Source: an uncultured Bosea sp.
Lineage (GTDB): Bacteria > Pseudomonadota > Alphaproteobacteria > Rhizobiales > Beijerinckiaceae
Length of the DNA: 64,000 bases
Assembly (NCBI RefSeq): GCF_945957345.1
Contig: NZ_CAMFKW010000010.1
Coordinates: 9,231 to 73,230 of the forward strand
Direction: 5' to 3'
The notes under the pieces are model-generated. The model ran no database searches and had not been told where the DNA came from. It worked only from the letters and a program-made list of their open reading frames with translations. Positions 35,023 through 45,130 of this stretch are shown one piece after another. How positions within the stretch are numbered: the stretch's first letter is position 1; every line of letters starts with the position of its first letter. The position numbers and the translations under genes are program-made.

Positions 35023-35856
35023 TTAGCCGCCGCAATCCCCGGCGATGGCCCGGCGCGCCAGCGCCTCGCTCGACGCCGCGACGAAGGGCGGGTTGCGGAA
35101 CTGGCGCTCGCTGCGGCCGTAATCGGGCAAGGTGCCCTCCAGCGTCAGCACGATGCCGCCCGCCGCGGACAGGATCGCATCGCCGGCCGCGATGTCCCAT
35201 TCCATCGTCTGGCCGCAGCGGACATGGATATCGGCCTCACCCGAGGCGATCATCCCGAACTTCACGGCCGACGAAACCGGAATGCCCTTGCTGCAGCACA
35301 TCGACGCCGCGATGCCGTCGCTGCGGCCATCGCCATGGAAGCGACTGACCAGCGCGACCGGCCCTTCGCCCGGCACTGCCCGGACGCTCGTGCGCTTGGC
35401 CCCACCCAGAAGGGTGCCATCGCGGTCGAAATCCTGCGCATAGGCATGCGTGCCGGAGAACCAGAGCCGCCCCAGCGCCGGCGCAGCGATTGCGCCTGCG
35501 ATCGGCCGCCCGTCACTGACCACCGCGATCGCAACGCAATAGCTGTCGCCACCCGCGAGGAACTCGCGCGTGCCGTCGAGCGGGTCGAGCAGGATGAAGA
35601 TCGCGCCGGGCGCCGCATCCTGCGCCGTTTCTTCGCTGACGATCGGAAAGCCAGGCAGCAGGCGCGTCAACGCCACCTTGGCGGCATAGTCGGCCGCAAG
35701 ATCGGCGGAGCAGACCGGCGAACCGTCGCTTTTGAGCTTGACGTCGCGCGCCGCCCGCTTGGCCAGCAGGACGGCGGCACTCAACCCGGCAGCTTCCGCA
35801 AGTTTCCGCCCCAGCCCGTCGCGATCGCGCAGGCGGGGATCGTCATGGCCGATCAT
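35023..35856 (-). CDS. cysQ: CysQ / inositol monophosphatase family phosphatase
   Basis: KSDGSPV..AD, IVSEE, LDPLDGTREF and EWDIAAGDAIL. Confidence 0.75.
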   Translation of the reverse strand: MIGHDDPRLRDRDGLGRKLAEAAGLSAAVLLAKRAARDVKLKSDGSPVCSADLAADYAAKVALTRLLPGFPIVSEETAQDAAPGAIFILLDPLDGTREFLAGGDSYCVAIAVVSDGRPIAGAIAAPALGRLWFSGTHAYAQDFDRDGTLLGGAKRTSVRAVPGEGPVALVSRFHGDGRSDGIAASMCCSKGIPVSSAVKFGMIASGEADIHVRCGQTMEWDIAAGDAILSAAGGIVLTLEGTLPDYGRSERQFRNPPFVAASSEALARRAIAGDCGG

Positions 35857-35982
35857 CGCGGCCCATCCTTCCAGTAATCGCCCCTGATATGGCGATTAAC
35901 CACATGAAAACCAAGATAGCAGCATATCGGGTGAGAACGACGCCGCAATCCGGCGCGCCCCCGCTTCCAGGACCTCGCCCCC

Positions 35983-36624
35983 ATGACCGACATCTCGCTC
36001 GAGCCGCTCGATCTGGCTGCGCTTCTCTGCAGCCGCGTCTGTCATGACGTGATCAGCCCGGTTGGCGCGATTGTCAACGCTCTCGAAGTTCTGGAAGAAG
36101 ACGATCCCTCAATGCGCGATTTCGCGTTGGAGCTGATCAAGAAGAGCGCGCGGGCCGCCTCCGCCCGCCTGCAATTCGCCCGTCTCGCCTTCGGCGCGGC
36201 CGGTTCCGCCGGCGCGATGATCGATCTCGGCGATGCCGGCAACGTCGCCAACGGCTTCCTCAACGACGAGAAGCTCTCGCTCGACTGGGAAGCGCCGCGC
36301 GCCCTGCTGCCGAAGAACCAGGTCAAGCTGCTGCTCAACCTTCTGGTTATCGCCACCCAGGCCGTGCCGCGGGGCGGCAAGCTCGTCTCGCGCGCAACCG
36401 TCGAGGGCGAGCAGGGCACGTTCGAGATCACCGCGACCGGCTCGCATGCCCGTATCCCCGCCCATGTCGAGGAGCTTCTGGCCGGCCGTTCCGAGACCGG
36501 AACGATCGACGCCCATGCCGTCCAGCCGCTCTATGCCGGCATGGTCGCCCGCGCCGCCCAGATGGGCATCACCTTCGCCATCGAGGGCGATACCGTGACG
36601 ATAAAGGCCGCCAAGGCGGCCTGA
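35983..36624 (+). CDS. chpT: Histidine phosphotransferase ChpT
   Basis: LAALLCSRVCHDVISPVGAIVNALE...LQFARLAFGAAGSAG, the ChpT H-box. Confidence 0.93.
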   Translation: MTDISLEPLDLAALLCSRVCHDVISPVGAIVNALEVLEEDDPSMRDFALELIKKSARAASARLQFARLAFGAAGSAGAMIDLGDAGNVANGFLNDEKLSLDWEAPRALLPKNQVKLLLNLLVIATQAVPRGGKLVSRATVEGEQGTFEITATGSHARIPAHVEELLAGRSETGTIDAHAVQPLYAGMVARAAQMGITFAIEGDTVTIKAAKAA

Positions 36625-36716
36625 ACGATCGTTACCGGTCGAGGCGCGATCTCAACCGATCATAAACCGTTCTCCTGCTTTAGTTCCTGCAGCGTGCCGC
36701 GTTGAGTGAAGCCTGC

Positions 36717-39341
36717 ATGGACGAGTTGCTGCAAGAGTTCCTGACGGAGACCGGCGAGAATCTCGACACGGTCGACCGGGAACTCGTCCGCTTCGAGCAG
36801 GACCCCAACGACCGCGACGTCCTGCGGAATATTTTTCGGCTGGTCCACACCGTCAAGGGTACCTGCGGCTTCATCGGTCTGCCCCGGCTGGAAGCACTGA
36901 CCCATGCCGCGGAATCGGTGATCGGGCAGTTCCGTGATGGCGCCACCGTCAAGCCCACTGCCGTCACCGCGATCCTCGAGACCATCGACCGGATCAAGGA
37001 CATCCTTGCCGAACTCGCCGAGAAGGGGCAGGAGCCCGAGGGCAACGACGAGACGCTGATCGGCGAGCTTCTCGCCCTGGCCGATCGCGCCAAGGGCGAG
37101 CTCAAGCAGCAGCCGCCTTCGGAGGCCTCGCTCGATCCGGTTGCTGCCTATCTCGCCCGCCACGGTCAGGCTGTTCCCGAGACGAGCGCGGAGGACATCG
37201 TCTTCCGCAGCGCACCAGGGCCGCAGCGCGGGCGCGACGGCCGGATCGAGGGGCTCGAGGCCCCTGCCGCCGCCGAGGACGCGCCCGGCCCCGTCCGCAG
37301 CAGCGGCCCGGCGACGCTGCGCGTCAATGTCGACACCATCGAGCATCTGATGACGATGGTCTCTGAGCTCGTGCTGACGCGCAACCAGCTCCTCGAGGTC
37401 GCCAGGCGGCAGGAGGATGCCGGCCTCAAGGCCCCGCTCCAGCGCCTGTCGCTCATCACCGCCGAATTGCAGGACGGTGTGATGAAGACGCGCATGCAGC
37501 CGATCGGCAACGCCTGGTCGAAGCTGCCGCGCATCGTGCGCGATCTCAGCGCCGAACTGGGCAAGCGTATCGAATTGCTGACGGAAGGCGCCGAGACCGA
37601 GCTCGACCGCCAGATCCTCGACCTGATCAAGGACCCGCTGATCCACATGGTCCGCAACTGCGCCGATCATGCGATCGAATTGCCGGCCGACCGGCGCGAG
37701 GCCGGCAAGCCCGAGCACGGCAGCATTCGGCTCGCCGCCTATCACGAGGGCGGATCGGTCACGATCTCCATCGCCGACGACGGTCGCGGCCTCGACATCG
37801 AGCGCATCCGCAGCAAGGCCATCGCCAAGGGCCTCGCGGCCGAAGCGGAGCTGGACAAGCTCAGCGACGCGCAGATCGGCCGCTTCATCTTCCACCCCGG
37901 CTTCTCCACGGCCGACAGCGTCACCGCGGTCTCCGGCCGCGGTGTCGGCATGGATGTCGTCAAGGCCAATGTCGATTCGATCGGCGGCACGGTCGATGTC
38001 GCCAGCCGTCCCGGCCTCGGCACGACCATCACCATCAAGATCCCGCTCACGCTCGCGATCATCTCGGCGCTGATCGTGGTCGCGGGCGAGGATCGCTACG
38101 CAATCCCCCAGATCGCGGTACGCGAACTGGTCCGGGCCAAGGCCGGCGGCGACCACCGCATCGAGGAGATCAACGGCGCTCCGGTCCTGCGGTTGCGCGG
38201 GCGCCTGCTGCCGATCGTGTCCTTGCCCGGGCTCATGGCCTGCCCCGGCCGGGAACCGGCCCCGCGGGTGGATGGCGAGGGTTTCATCGTCGTCACCCAG
38301 ATCGGTGAGCGGCAGTTCGGTATCCTCGTCGACAGCGTCTTCCACACCGAGGAAATCGTGGTGAAGCCGATGTCGAGCAAGCTTCGCCACATCCATCTGT
38401 TTTCCGGCAACACCATCCTCGGCGACGGCACGGTGGTGCTGATCGTCGACCCCAACGGCGTCGCGCGGCTGGTGGGAGCGGCCATCTCCGAAAGCGTGGA
38501 GGCGGAGCCGCGCCAGGCTGCCGCTCAGGTCCATCGCGGCGAACGCACGACGATGCTCGTCTTCCGTGCCGGCGCCGACGGGTTGCAGGCCCTGCCGCTG
38601 TCGCTGGTGACGCGGCTGGAGGAGATCGAGGCCGGCGAGTTCCAGCGCAGCGGCGGCCGGACGCTGCTGCACTATCGCGGACGCCTGGTCTCGGTGACGC
38701 CGGTGGCGGGCACCCAGTTGCGCTCTGAGGGCATCCAGCCGCTGGTCATCATCTCTAATGGGGACCTCACCGTCGCGCTCGCCGTCGAGGAGATCGTCGA
38801 CATCGTCGAGGAGACCTTCGAGCTGGAGATGGCAGCGACGGAGGGGCGCGGCATCATCGGCTCGGCCATGATCCGCGGGCGAGCCACCGACATCCTCGAT
38901 CTCGCTCATTACCTGCCGCTGAACGAGCCCGGCTGGTTCGGAGCGGGCCGCAACGCCGAACTCCCCGGCCGCATCCTGCTGGTCGAGCCGTCCGACTTCC
39001 TGCGCGACATGCTCAGCCCGGTCCTGAAGGCCTCCGGCCGGATCATCGCGCCGCTGGCGGATTTTACGGAGGCCAGTCTCGCCTCGGCCGGCGAACCGAT
39101 CATGCTCGCGCTGCTCGACCTCGACAGCGACAGCGAAGCCGCCTTCGCCTTTGCCGCATTGCTGCGCGAGCGCACCAAGGGCGAGCGCCTGCGCATACTC
39201 GGCCTCACCACCTGCGCCACGCCGGACCTGCATATGCGCGCGGTCCAGGCCGGTCTCGACGACGTCATCGCGAAATTCGACCGCCGAGCCGTGCTGAGCG
39301 AACTCAACACGGCCGGCGCCGACCTGAGGCATGCGGCATGA
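36717..39341 (+). CDS. cheA: Chemotaxis histidine kinase CheA with HPt, kinase, two CheW-like domains and a degenerate C-terminal receiver
   Basis: IFRLVHTVKG, RVNVDTIEHLM, HMVRNCADH, ADDGRG, PGFSTA and GRGVGMDVV. C-terminus ILLVEPS...LLDLD...IAKFD. Confidence 0.93.
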   Translation: MDELLQEFLTETGENLDTVDRELVRFEQDPNDRDVLRNIFRLVHTVKGTCGFIGLPRLEALTHAAESVIGQFRDGATVKPTAVTAILETIDRIKDILAELAEKGQEPEGNDETLIGELLALADRAKGELKQQPPSEASLDPVAAYLARHGQAVPETSAEDIVFRSAPGPQRGRDGRIEGLEAPAAAEDAPGPVRSSGPATLRVNVDTIEHLMTMVSELVLTRNQLLEVARRQEDAGLKAPLQRLSLITAELQDGVMKTRMQPIGNAWSKLPRIVRDLSAELGKRIELLTEGAETELDRQILDLIKDPLIHMVRNCADHAIELPADRREAGKPEHGSIRLAAYHEGGSVTISIADDGRGLDIERIRSKAIAKGLAAEAELDKLSDAQIGRFIFHPGFSTADSVTAVSGRGVGMDVVKANVDSIGGTVDVASRPGLGTTITIKIPLTLAIISALIVVAGEDRYAIPQIAVRELVRAKAGGDHRIEEINGAPVLRLRGRLLPIVSLPGLMACPGREPAPRVDGEGFIVVTQIGERQFGILVDSVFHTEEIVVKPMSSKLRHIHLFSGNTILGDGTVVLIVDPNGVARLVGAAISESVEAEPRQAAAQVHRGERTTMLVFRAGADGLQALPLSLVTRLEEIEAGEFQRSGGRTLLHYRGRLVSVTPVAGTQLRSEGIQPLVIISNGDLTVALAVEEIVDIVEETFELEMAATEGRGIIGSAMIRGRATDILDLAHYLPLNEPGWFGAGRNAELPGRILLVEPSDFLRDMLSPVLKASGRIIAPLADFTEASLASAGEPIMLALLDLDSDSEAAFAFAALLRERTKGERLRILGLTTCATPDLHMRAVQAGLDDVIAKFDRRAVLSELNTAGADLRHAA

Positions 39342-39841
39342 CGGCGAACGCACCCCACATCCCAGAACCCGCGGCTCCCGGCTTCAGCGACTCGCTGGAC
39401 TATGTGACGATCCGCATCGGCGAGCAGCTTCTCGGCCTGCCGATCGGCCGCGTCCAGGACGTGTTCATCACCAACCGCATCACCGTGGTTCCGCGCGCGC
39501 CGGACGAGATCGTCGGCCTGATCAACCTGCGCGGCCGCATCGTCACGGCCATCTGCCTGCGCAAGCGTCTGGGGCGTCCGGTCGAGTTCAAGCGCGGCTG
39601 CCAGGGCAGCGACGAATTGACCGCGATCGGTATCGACCACCACGGCGAGGCCTACGCGCTTATCGTCGACGCGGTCGGCGAGGTCATCCGGCTCGACCGG
39701 TCCACCTTCGAGCCGCTTCCGGTCCATCTCGATCGCGTTTGGGCGGCGCTGGGGACAGGTATCCATCGCCTCGCCGACGAATTGCTCGTCGTTCTCGACC
39801 TCGACGCCGTTCTCGATCTCGATCTTCGCAGCGCGGCCTGA
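39338..39841 (+). CDS. cheW: Chemotaxis coupling protein CheW
   Basis: ITVVPRAPDEIVGLINLRGRIVTAI and LIVDAVGEV. Confidence 0.92.
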   Translation: MTANAPHIPEPAAPGFSDSLDYVTIRIGEQLLGLPIGRVQDVFITNRITVVPRAPDEIVGLINLRGRIVTAICLRKRLGRPVEFKRGCQGSDELTAIGIDHHGEAYALIVDAVGEVIRLDRSTFEPLPVHLDRVWAALGTGIHRLADELLVVLDLDAVLDLDLRSAA

Positions 39842-39872
39842 CGGCGGCGCCCCAATTCTGGAGACAAAAGTC

Positions 39873-40238
39873 ATGAAATACTGTCTCGTCGTCGACGACT
39901 CGGCGGTGATCCGCAAGGTGGCCCGCCGCATCCTCGAAGGGCTGCAGTTCCGCATTGCCGAGGCCGAGGACGGCGCGCGTGCCATCGACGCCTGCAAGGG
40001 CGAGATGCCGGATGCGGTCCTGCTCGACTGGAACATGCCGATCATGGACGGCTACGAATTCCTGCGCACCTTGCGCCAGATGCCGGGTGGCAAGCGCCCC
40101 AAGGTGGTCTTCTGCACCACCGAGAACGATATCGCCCATATCGCGCGCGCCATGCATGCCGGTGCGGACGAGTACATCATGAAGCCCTTCGACAAGGAGA
40201 TCGTGGCTTCCAAATTCCATCAGGTCGGGCTGCTCTGA
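39873..40238 (+). CDS. cheY: Chemotaxis response regulator CheY
   Basis: LVVDDS, LLDWNMP, FCTT and YIMKPF. Confidence 0.92.
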   Translation: MKYCLVVDDSAVIRKVARRILEGLQFRIAEAEDGARAIDACKGEMPDAVLLDWNMPIMDGYEFLRTLRQMPGGKRPKVVFCTTENDIAHIARAMHAGADEYIMKPFDKEIVASKFHQVGLL

Positions 40239-40326
40239 GCAGATGCGTTCCGGTGCGGCCGCGCATCGGGCACGCCGGGTCTGAAATATCTTCGCCCATC
40301 TCGCCGATCCAGTGAGAAACATCCTC

Positions 40327-41442
40327 ATGTTGTCTCCACGCGCGAATCCCGCAGGCCCCTCATCGCGGCACAAGACCGTGGTGATTGCCGACGATTCCGT
40401 CGTCGTCCGCGGGCTTTTTGCGCGCTGGCTGGGCGAGGCCGGCAATTTCCATGTCGTCGCGGTCGCCGGCGACGGCGAGACCGCCGTCGCCCACGCCACC
40501 CGCTTCAAGCCGGACGTGATGGTGCTCGACCTCGACATGCCCGGCGTCGACGGCGCCACCGCCCTGCCCCAGATTCTCAAGGAAAGCCCCAATACCGGCA
40601 TCCTGCTCGCAGCGACCCTGAACGAGCGTAACACCCGCCTCGCGCTGGAATGCATGACGCGGGGCGCGATGGATGTGGTCTCCAAGCCCGACAGCCGCAG
40701 CGGCATGACGCTGTCGCTCGACTTCCGCAGCGAATTCCTGCTCAAGCTCGGCAACATCGTCCAGACGCCGATGAAACCAGGCTCGCTGCCGCCGGAGATC
40801 GACACCGACCTGCCGCATGCCGGGCCGGTCAACCTGCGCCCGCTCGTCTCGGTGATGCCGCGCTATCTTGTGATCGGCGCCTCGACCGGCGGCCCTCGCG
40901 CGGTCGCCAAGGTGCTGTTCGATATCGGCGAGGGCTTAAACGACCTCACGACGATCATCGTCCAGCATATGCCGCCGCTCTTCACCGCCTCCTTCGCCGA
41001 GCAGGTCGCCGCCCATATCGGCGTCCCTGCCCGCGAGCCCTTCGACGGCGAGCGGCTGATGCGCGGCACGGTCTATATCGCACCCGGCGGCCGCCATCTC
41101 GGCATCGATCGCCGGCTGGGCCATATCGTCGCGCGCATCGGCGACGAACCGCCCGTCAATTTCTGCCGGCCTGCCGTCGACGTGCTCTTCGGCGAGGCCG
41201 CCCGCCATCTCGGCCCGGCCGCGCTCGGTCTCGTCCTCACGGGCATGGGCAGCGACGGCACCGACGGCGCCGGCGCCCTGCGCAAGGTCGGTGCAGCCGT
41301 CATCGCCCAGGACGAGCCGAGCAGCACGATCTGGGGCATGCCCGGCTCGGTCGTGCGCGCCCGCCATGCCAGCGCGGTGATCGCGCTCGACGAGATCGGC
41401 GCCTCGATCCGCTGCCTCGTCCGCGGGGTCCAGCCGGTATGA
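40327..41442 (+). CDS. cheB: Chemotaxis methylesterase CheB
   Basis: Receiver domain (IADDS, LDLDMP) plus the catalytic triad motifs GASTGG, QHMP and GMGSDG. Confidence 0.93.
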   Translation: MLSPRANPAGPSSRHKTVVIADDSVVVRGLFARWLGEAGNFHVVAVAGDGETAVAHATRFKPDVMVLDLDMPGVDGATALPQILKESPNTGILLAATLNERNTRLALECMTRGAMDVVSKPDSRSGMTLSLDFRSEFLLKLGNIVQTPMKPGSLPPEIDTDLPHAGPVNLRPLVSVMPRYLVIGASTGGPRAVAKVLFDIGEGLNDLTTIIVQHMPPLFTASFAEQVAAHIGVPAREPFDGERLMRGTVYIAPGGRHLGIDRRLGHIVARIGDEPPVNFCRPAVDVLFGEAARHLGPAALGLVLTGMGSDGTDGAGALRKVGAAVIAQDEPSSTIWGMPGSVVRARHASAVIALDEIGASIRCLVRGVQPV

Positions 41443-42326
41443 CCGAAGCCGATTTCGCCTTCCTGCGCCTCCTGCTGCAGCAGCGCTCCGGTCTGTCGCT
41501 GACCGCGGACAAGCGCTACCTCGCCGAGAGCCGGCTCGGCATTCTCTGCCGCCGGCGCGGCATCGCCGATATCGAGACGCTCGTCCGCCAGCTCAGGCTT
41601 TCCCGCGATGCAAGTCTGGAAAGCGCCGTGGTCGATGCCATGACCACCAACGAGACCCTGTTCTTCCGCGACCAGACGCCCTTCAACCTGTTCCGGGACG
41701 TGATCCTGCCGGAGCGCCTCGCCGCCAACGCCGCCAGCCGCTCGCTCCGGATCTGGTGTGCGGCCGTCTCCAGCGGCCAGGAGGCCTACTCGCTGGCCAT
41801 GCTGATCGACGAGCTCGGCGATCGGCTCGCCGGCTGGAAGATCGAGATCCTGGGCACCGATATCTCCGCAGAAATCCTGGAAAAGGCCCGCGCCGGCATC
41901 TACAGCCAATTCGAGATCCAGCGCGGCCTGCCTATCCAGATGCTGCTGAAGCATTTCCAGCAGGTCGGCGACAAATGGCAGGTCTCGCAGCGGATTCGCG
42001 CGATGGTAGAGTTCAAGCAGCACAACCTGCTGGATCGCAACGACCAGTTCGGGCGCTTCGACGTGATCTTCTGCCGCAACGTCCTGATCTATTTCGACGT
42101 GCCGACCAAGGTGAAGGTGCTGGAGCAGATCGCGCCGCGCCTCGTACCGGATGGGGCCTTCGTGCTCGGCGCCGCCGAGACGGTGCTGGGACTGGCGACG
42201 AAGCTCGTCTGCGACCCGCAGCACCGCGGTCTCTACCGGCACGCATCGATGGCCGCCCCGATAGCCGCCTCCGCTGCGCCCAGCCTCCGGCCGCGCACCG
42301 CCATCGGGGCCGCCCTGCGCGGCTGA
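41439..42326 (+). CDS. cheR: Chemotaxis methyltransferase CheR
   Basis: MTTNETLFFRD, RIWCAAVSSGQEAYS, GTDIS and DVIFCRNVLIYFD. Start overlaps the cheB stop (ATGA). Confidence 0.93.
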   Translation: MTEADFAFLRLLLQQRSGLSLTADKRYLAESRLGILCRRRGIADIETLVRQLRLSRDASLESAVVDAMTTNETLFFRDQTPFNLFRDVILPERLAANAASRSLRIWCAAVSSGQEAYSLAMLIDELGDRLAGWKIEILGTDISAEILEKARAGIYSQFEIQRGLPIQMLLKHFQQVGDKWQVSQRIRAMVEFKQHNLLDRNDQFGRFDVIFCRNVLIYFDVPTKVKVLEQIAPRLVPDGAFVLGAAETVLGLATKLVCDPQHRGLYRHASMAAPIAASAAPSLRPRTAIGAALRG

Positions 42327-42393
42327 GCCGGCCCGTCCGTCGTCCAGAGCTTCGCCTGCCGGAAAAGTCCGCGCCCCCAAAATGCGGGCCTTC

Positions 42394-42488
42394 CCGTCAT
42401 GGTCGGGCTTGTCCCGGCCATCCACGTCTTCACCGATCAAGGTCCGTGTTCAAGACGTGGATGCTCGCCACAAGGGCGAGCATGACGG
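42394..42488. repeat. Alphaproteobacterial REP-type palindromic element
   Basis: CCGTCATG-GTCGGGCTTGTCCCGGC-CATCCACGTCTT...AAGACGTGGATG-CTCGCCACAAGGGCGAG-CATGACGG, between convergent cheR and ctrA. Confidence 0.8.
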
Positions 42489-42525
42489 TATGATAGCCGG
42501 CCCGCCGTCCCGAACACCGCACAAA

Positions 42526-42550
42526 CAAAAACCCCGCCTCTCGGCGGGGT
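42526..42550 (-). terminator. Rho-independent terminator downstream of ctrA
   Basis: ACCCCGCC-TCTC-GGCGGGGT stem followed by a U tract on the minus strand. Confidence 0.75.
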
Positions 42551-42646
42551 CCCCGTCGACCTGTCGTGTACATCCGACGATCAGGTCAAGAACTGGTATG
42601 GCGTCGCTTCATGACCGCCCGATGACGGGCGGGCGACGGAATTGCG

Positions 42647-43348
42647 TCAGGCCGGGATGCGCTCGTCGACATCGGACGGCTCGCGCAGGACGTAGCCGCG
42701 GCCCCAGACGGTCTCGATGTAGTTCTTGCCGTCCGACGCATTGGCGAGCTTCTTGCGCAGCTTGCAGATGAAGACGTCGATGATCTTGAGCTCGGGCTCG
42801 TCCATGCCGCCATAGAGATGGTTGAGGAACATCTCCTTGGTGAGCGTCGTACCCTTGCGGAGCGAGAGCAGCTCCAGCATCTGGTATTCCTTGCCGGTGA
42901 GGTGGACGCGGGCGGCGTCGACTTCCACGGTCTTGGTATCGAGATTGACGACCAGGTCGCCCGTCGTGATGACCGACTGGGCGTGGCCCTTCGAGCGGCG
43001 CACGATCGCGTGGATGCGGGCGACCAGCTCATCCTTGTGGAACGGCTTGGTGAGGTAGTCGTCGGCGCCGAAGCCGAGGCCCTTCACCTTGTCCTCGATG
43101 CCGGCAAGGCCGGAGAGGATCAGGATCGGCGTCTTGACCTTCGCGACGCGCAGGCTGCGCAGAACCTCGTAACCCGACATGTCGGGGAGGTTCAGGTCGA
43201 GCAGGATGATGTCGTAATCGTAGAGCTTGCCGAGATCGACGCCCTCTTCGCCGAGGTCCGTCGTATAGACGTTGAAGCTCTCCGATTTGAGCATGAGCTC
43301 GATGCTTTGAGCGGTCGCGCTATCGTCCTCGATCAGCAGAACCCGCAT
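42647..43348 (-). CDS. ctrA: Cell-cycle master regulator CtrA
   Basis: [56 protein letters not shown]...[18 protein letters not shown]...ETVWGRGY. Confidence 0.97.
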   Translation of the reverse strand: MRVLLIEDDSATAQSIELMLKSESFNVYTTDLGEEGVDLGKLYDYDIILLDLNLPDMSGYEVLRSLRVAKVKTPILILSGLAGIEDKVKGLGFGADDYLTKPFHKDELVARIHAIVRRSKGHAQSVITTGDLVVNLDTKTVEVDAARVHLTGKEYQMLELLSLRKGTTLTKEMFLNHLYGGMDEPELKIIDVFICKLRKKLANASDGKNYIETVWGRGYVLREPSDVDERIPA

Positions 43349-43469
43349 GTCCACGTCCCCAATTTCGCCCGCAGGGCAGGTTTGACCGTTGTTCCGCCCG
43401 GACCTTCCCGGCCCTCGGCGACGACGCACTTGCCCAATGAAACGCCACGCGACACGCTACGAGGAAACT

Positions 43470-43541
43470 GGTTAACAAACCGTGATTCCCGAGCGCAAGC
43501 GCTTCCTCAGAGAAAGTGAACGATCCTTGTCGAGGTGAGTC
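43470..43541 (-). promoter_or_regulatory. ctrA promoter region with a CtrA half-site and two CcrM (GANTC) sites
   Basis: GGTTAAC at 43470-43476, GATTC at 43484 and GAGTC at 43537. Confidence 0.45.
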
Positions 43542-43656
43542 GAATTTGACACGGATCGCTGAACTTCTCGGCCGCGAAAGCGCCTTTCGCGGAGGGTTGC
43601 CTCGGGAAACAGGGCGATAATGGCCCTGCGACACGCGGCAGCCTCGATCTGCAGTC

Positions 43657-43684
43657 TTAACCACAGAGCTTAACAGCTGGTAAA
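43657..43684. promoter_or_regulatory. CtrA-box cluster upstream of fliI
   Basis: TTAA-CAGCTGG-TAAA (43670-43684, one mismatch to TTAA-N7-TTAA), preceded by a TTAACC half-site at 43657. Confidence 0.5.
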
Positions 43685-43783
43685 TGAGCGCAATTTGTTA
43701 GGAACCCTTACCAAATCATCCACAGGGGTTCCGCCAGCTGATAGCGCTGATCTGCACATGACCGATAACCTCGAAATATCCCG

Positions 43784-45130
43784 ATGAGTTCCCCCTCGCA
43801 CGGCCATGACCGCCTCACCGCCCTCGCGACCGCCATCGAGAATATCGAAGGCGTGACGATCTATGGCCGCGTCATCGGCGTGCGCGGCCTGCTGGTCGAG
43901 GTCGCCGGGCCGATCGGCACGATGAGCCTTGGCGGCCGCGTCGGCATTGAGATCGCGCCGGGCACGCGCGTTCCCTGCGAGGTTGTCGGCTTCTCCGGCG
44001 ACAAGGCGCTTGTCATGCCCTTCGGCGGGCTCGACGGCGTCCGCCGCGGCTGCCCCGTCCATGTCGATCGCGCCCAGCCGGGCTTGAGGCCGACGCCGGC
44101 TTGGCTCGGCCGCGTCGTCGACGCTCTCGGCCGCCCCGTCGATGGCGGACCGCCCTTGCCGCAGGGCGACACGCTCTTCGCATACCGCAACGATCCCCCG
44201 AATGCCCATAAGCGCCGCCGCGTCGGCCGGCCACTCGATCTCGGCGTGCGCGCGCTCAACACCTTCCTGACCTGCTGCATCGGCCAGCGCATGGGCATCT
44301 TCGCCGGCTCCGGCGTCGGCAAATCCGTGCTGCTCTCGATGCTCGCCCGCTATGCCCAGGCCGACGTCAACATCATCGGCCTCGTCGGCGAACGCGGCCG
44401 CGAGGTGCAGGAATTCCTCCAGGAGGATCTCGGCCCGCAGGGCCTCGCCCGCTCGATCGTCGTGGTCGCGACCTCGGACGAGCCCGCCCTGATGCGCAAG
44501 CAGGCGGCGCTGACCACGCTGACGCTTGCCGAGTATTTCCGGGATCGCGGCCTGCAGGTGATGTGCCTGATGGATTCGGTGACGCGCTTCGCCATGGCGA
44601 TGCGCGAGATCGGCCTCGCCGCCGGCGAGCCGCCGACGACCAAAGGTTATACTCCGACCGTCTTCGCCGAGCTGCCCCGCCTGCTCGAACGCGCCGGCCC
44701 CGGCACCGGCGACGGCGCCATCACCGGCCTCTTCACCGTGCTGGTCGATGGCGGCGACCATGACGAGCCCGTCGCCGACGCGGTGCGCGGCATTCTCGAC
44801 GGCCACATCGTCATGGAACGCTCCATCGCCGAGCGCGGACGCTACCCCGCGGTCAACATCCTGAAATCGGTCTCGCGCACGATGCCGCGCTCCTGTGACC
44901 CGGCCTATTATCCCGTCGTGCAGAAGGCGCGCTCGACGCTCGCGACCTATGCCGACATGGAGGAGTTGATCCGGCTCGGCGCCTATCGCCAGGGTGCCTC
45001 GGCCGAGGTCGACGAGGCGATCCGTCTCCATCCTGCGCTCGAAGCCTTCCTCAAGCAGGCCAAGGACGACGCGACGCCGCTGCACGAATGCTACGCACGC
45101 CTCGCCGCTATCATGAGTGGAACCGTCTGA
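43784..45130 (+). CDS. fliI: Flagellar export ATPase FliI
   Basis: [51 protein letters not shown] and [12 protein letters not shown]. Confidence 0.95.
   Translation: MSSPSHGHDRLTALATAIENIEGVTIYGRVIGVRGLLVEVAGPIGTMSLGGRVGIEIAPGTRVPCEVVGFSGDKALVMPFGGLDGVRRGCPVHVDRAQPGLRPTPAWLGRVVDALGRPVDGGPPLPQGDTLFAYRNDPPNAHKRRRVGRPLDLGVRALNTFLTCCIGQRMGIFAGSGVGKSVLLSMLARYAQADVNIIGLVGERGREVQEFLQEDLGPQGLARSIVVVATSDEPALMRKQAALTTLTLAEYFRDRGLQVMCLMDSVTRFAMAMREIGLAAGEPPTTKGYTPTVFAELPRLLERAGPGTGDGAITGLFTVLVDGGDHDEPVADAVRGILDGHIVMERSIAERGRYPAVNILKSVSRTMPRSCDPAYYPVVQKARSTLATYADMEELIRLGAYRQGASAEVDEAIRLHPALEAFLKQAKDDATPLHECYARLAAIMSGTV

Noticed and set aside
35896-35912. CtrA box upstream of chpT (TTAA-N7-AAAA) and upstream of cheA (TCAA-N7-TAAA near 36652)
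   Set aside because: Each has two mismatches, so at most a half-site. Not listed as features.
36660-39353. 897-aa minus-strand ORF over cheA, and similar long antisense ORFs (43670-45085, 53734-55440, 56194-57684, 59270-61099)
   Set aside because: These are antisense shadows of well-supported genes. High GC and codon bias leave few stops in those frames, and the translations show no family motifs.
40650-41438. Apparent N-terminal extension of CheR (558-aa track ORF)
   Set aside because: It lies in another frame inside cheB. CheR starts at the ATGA overlap at 41439.
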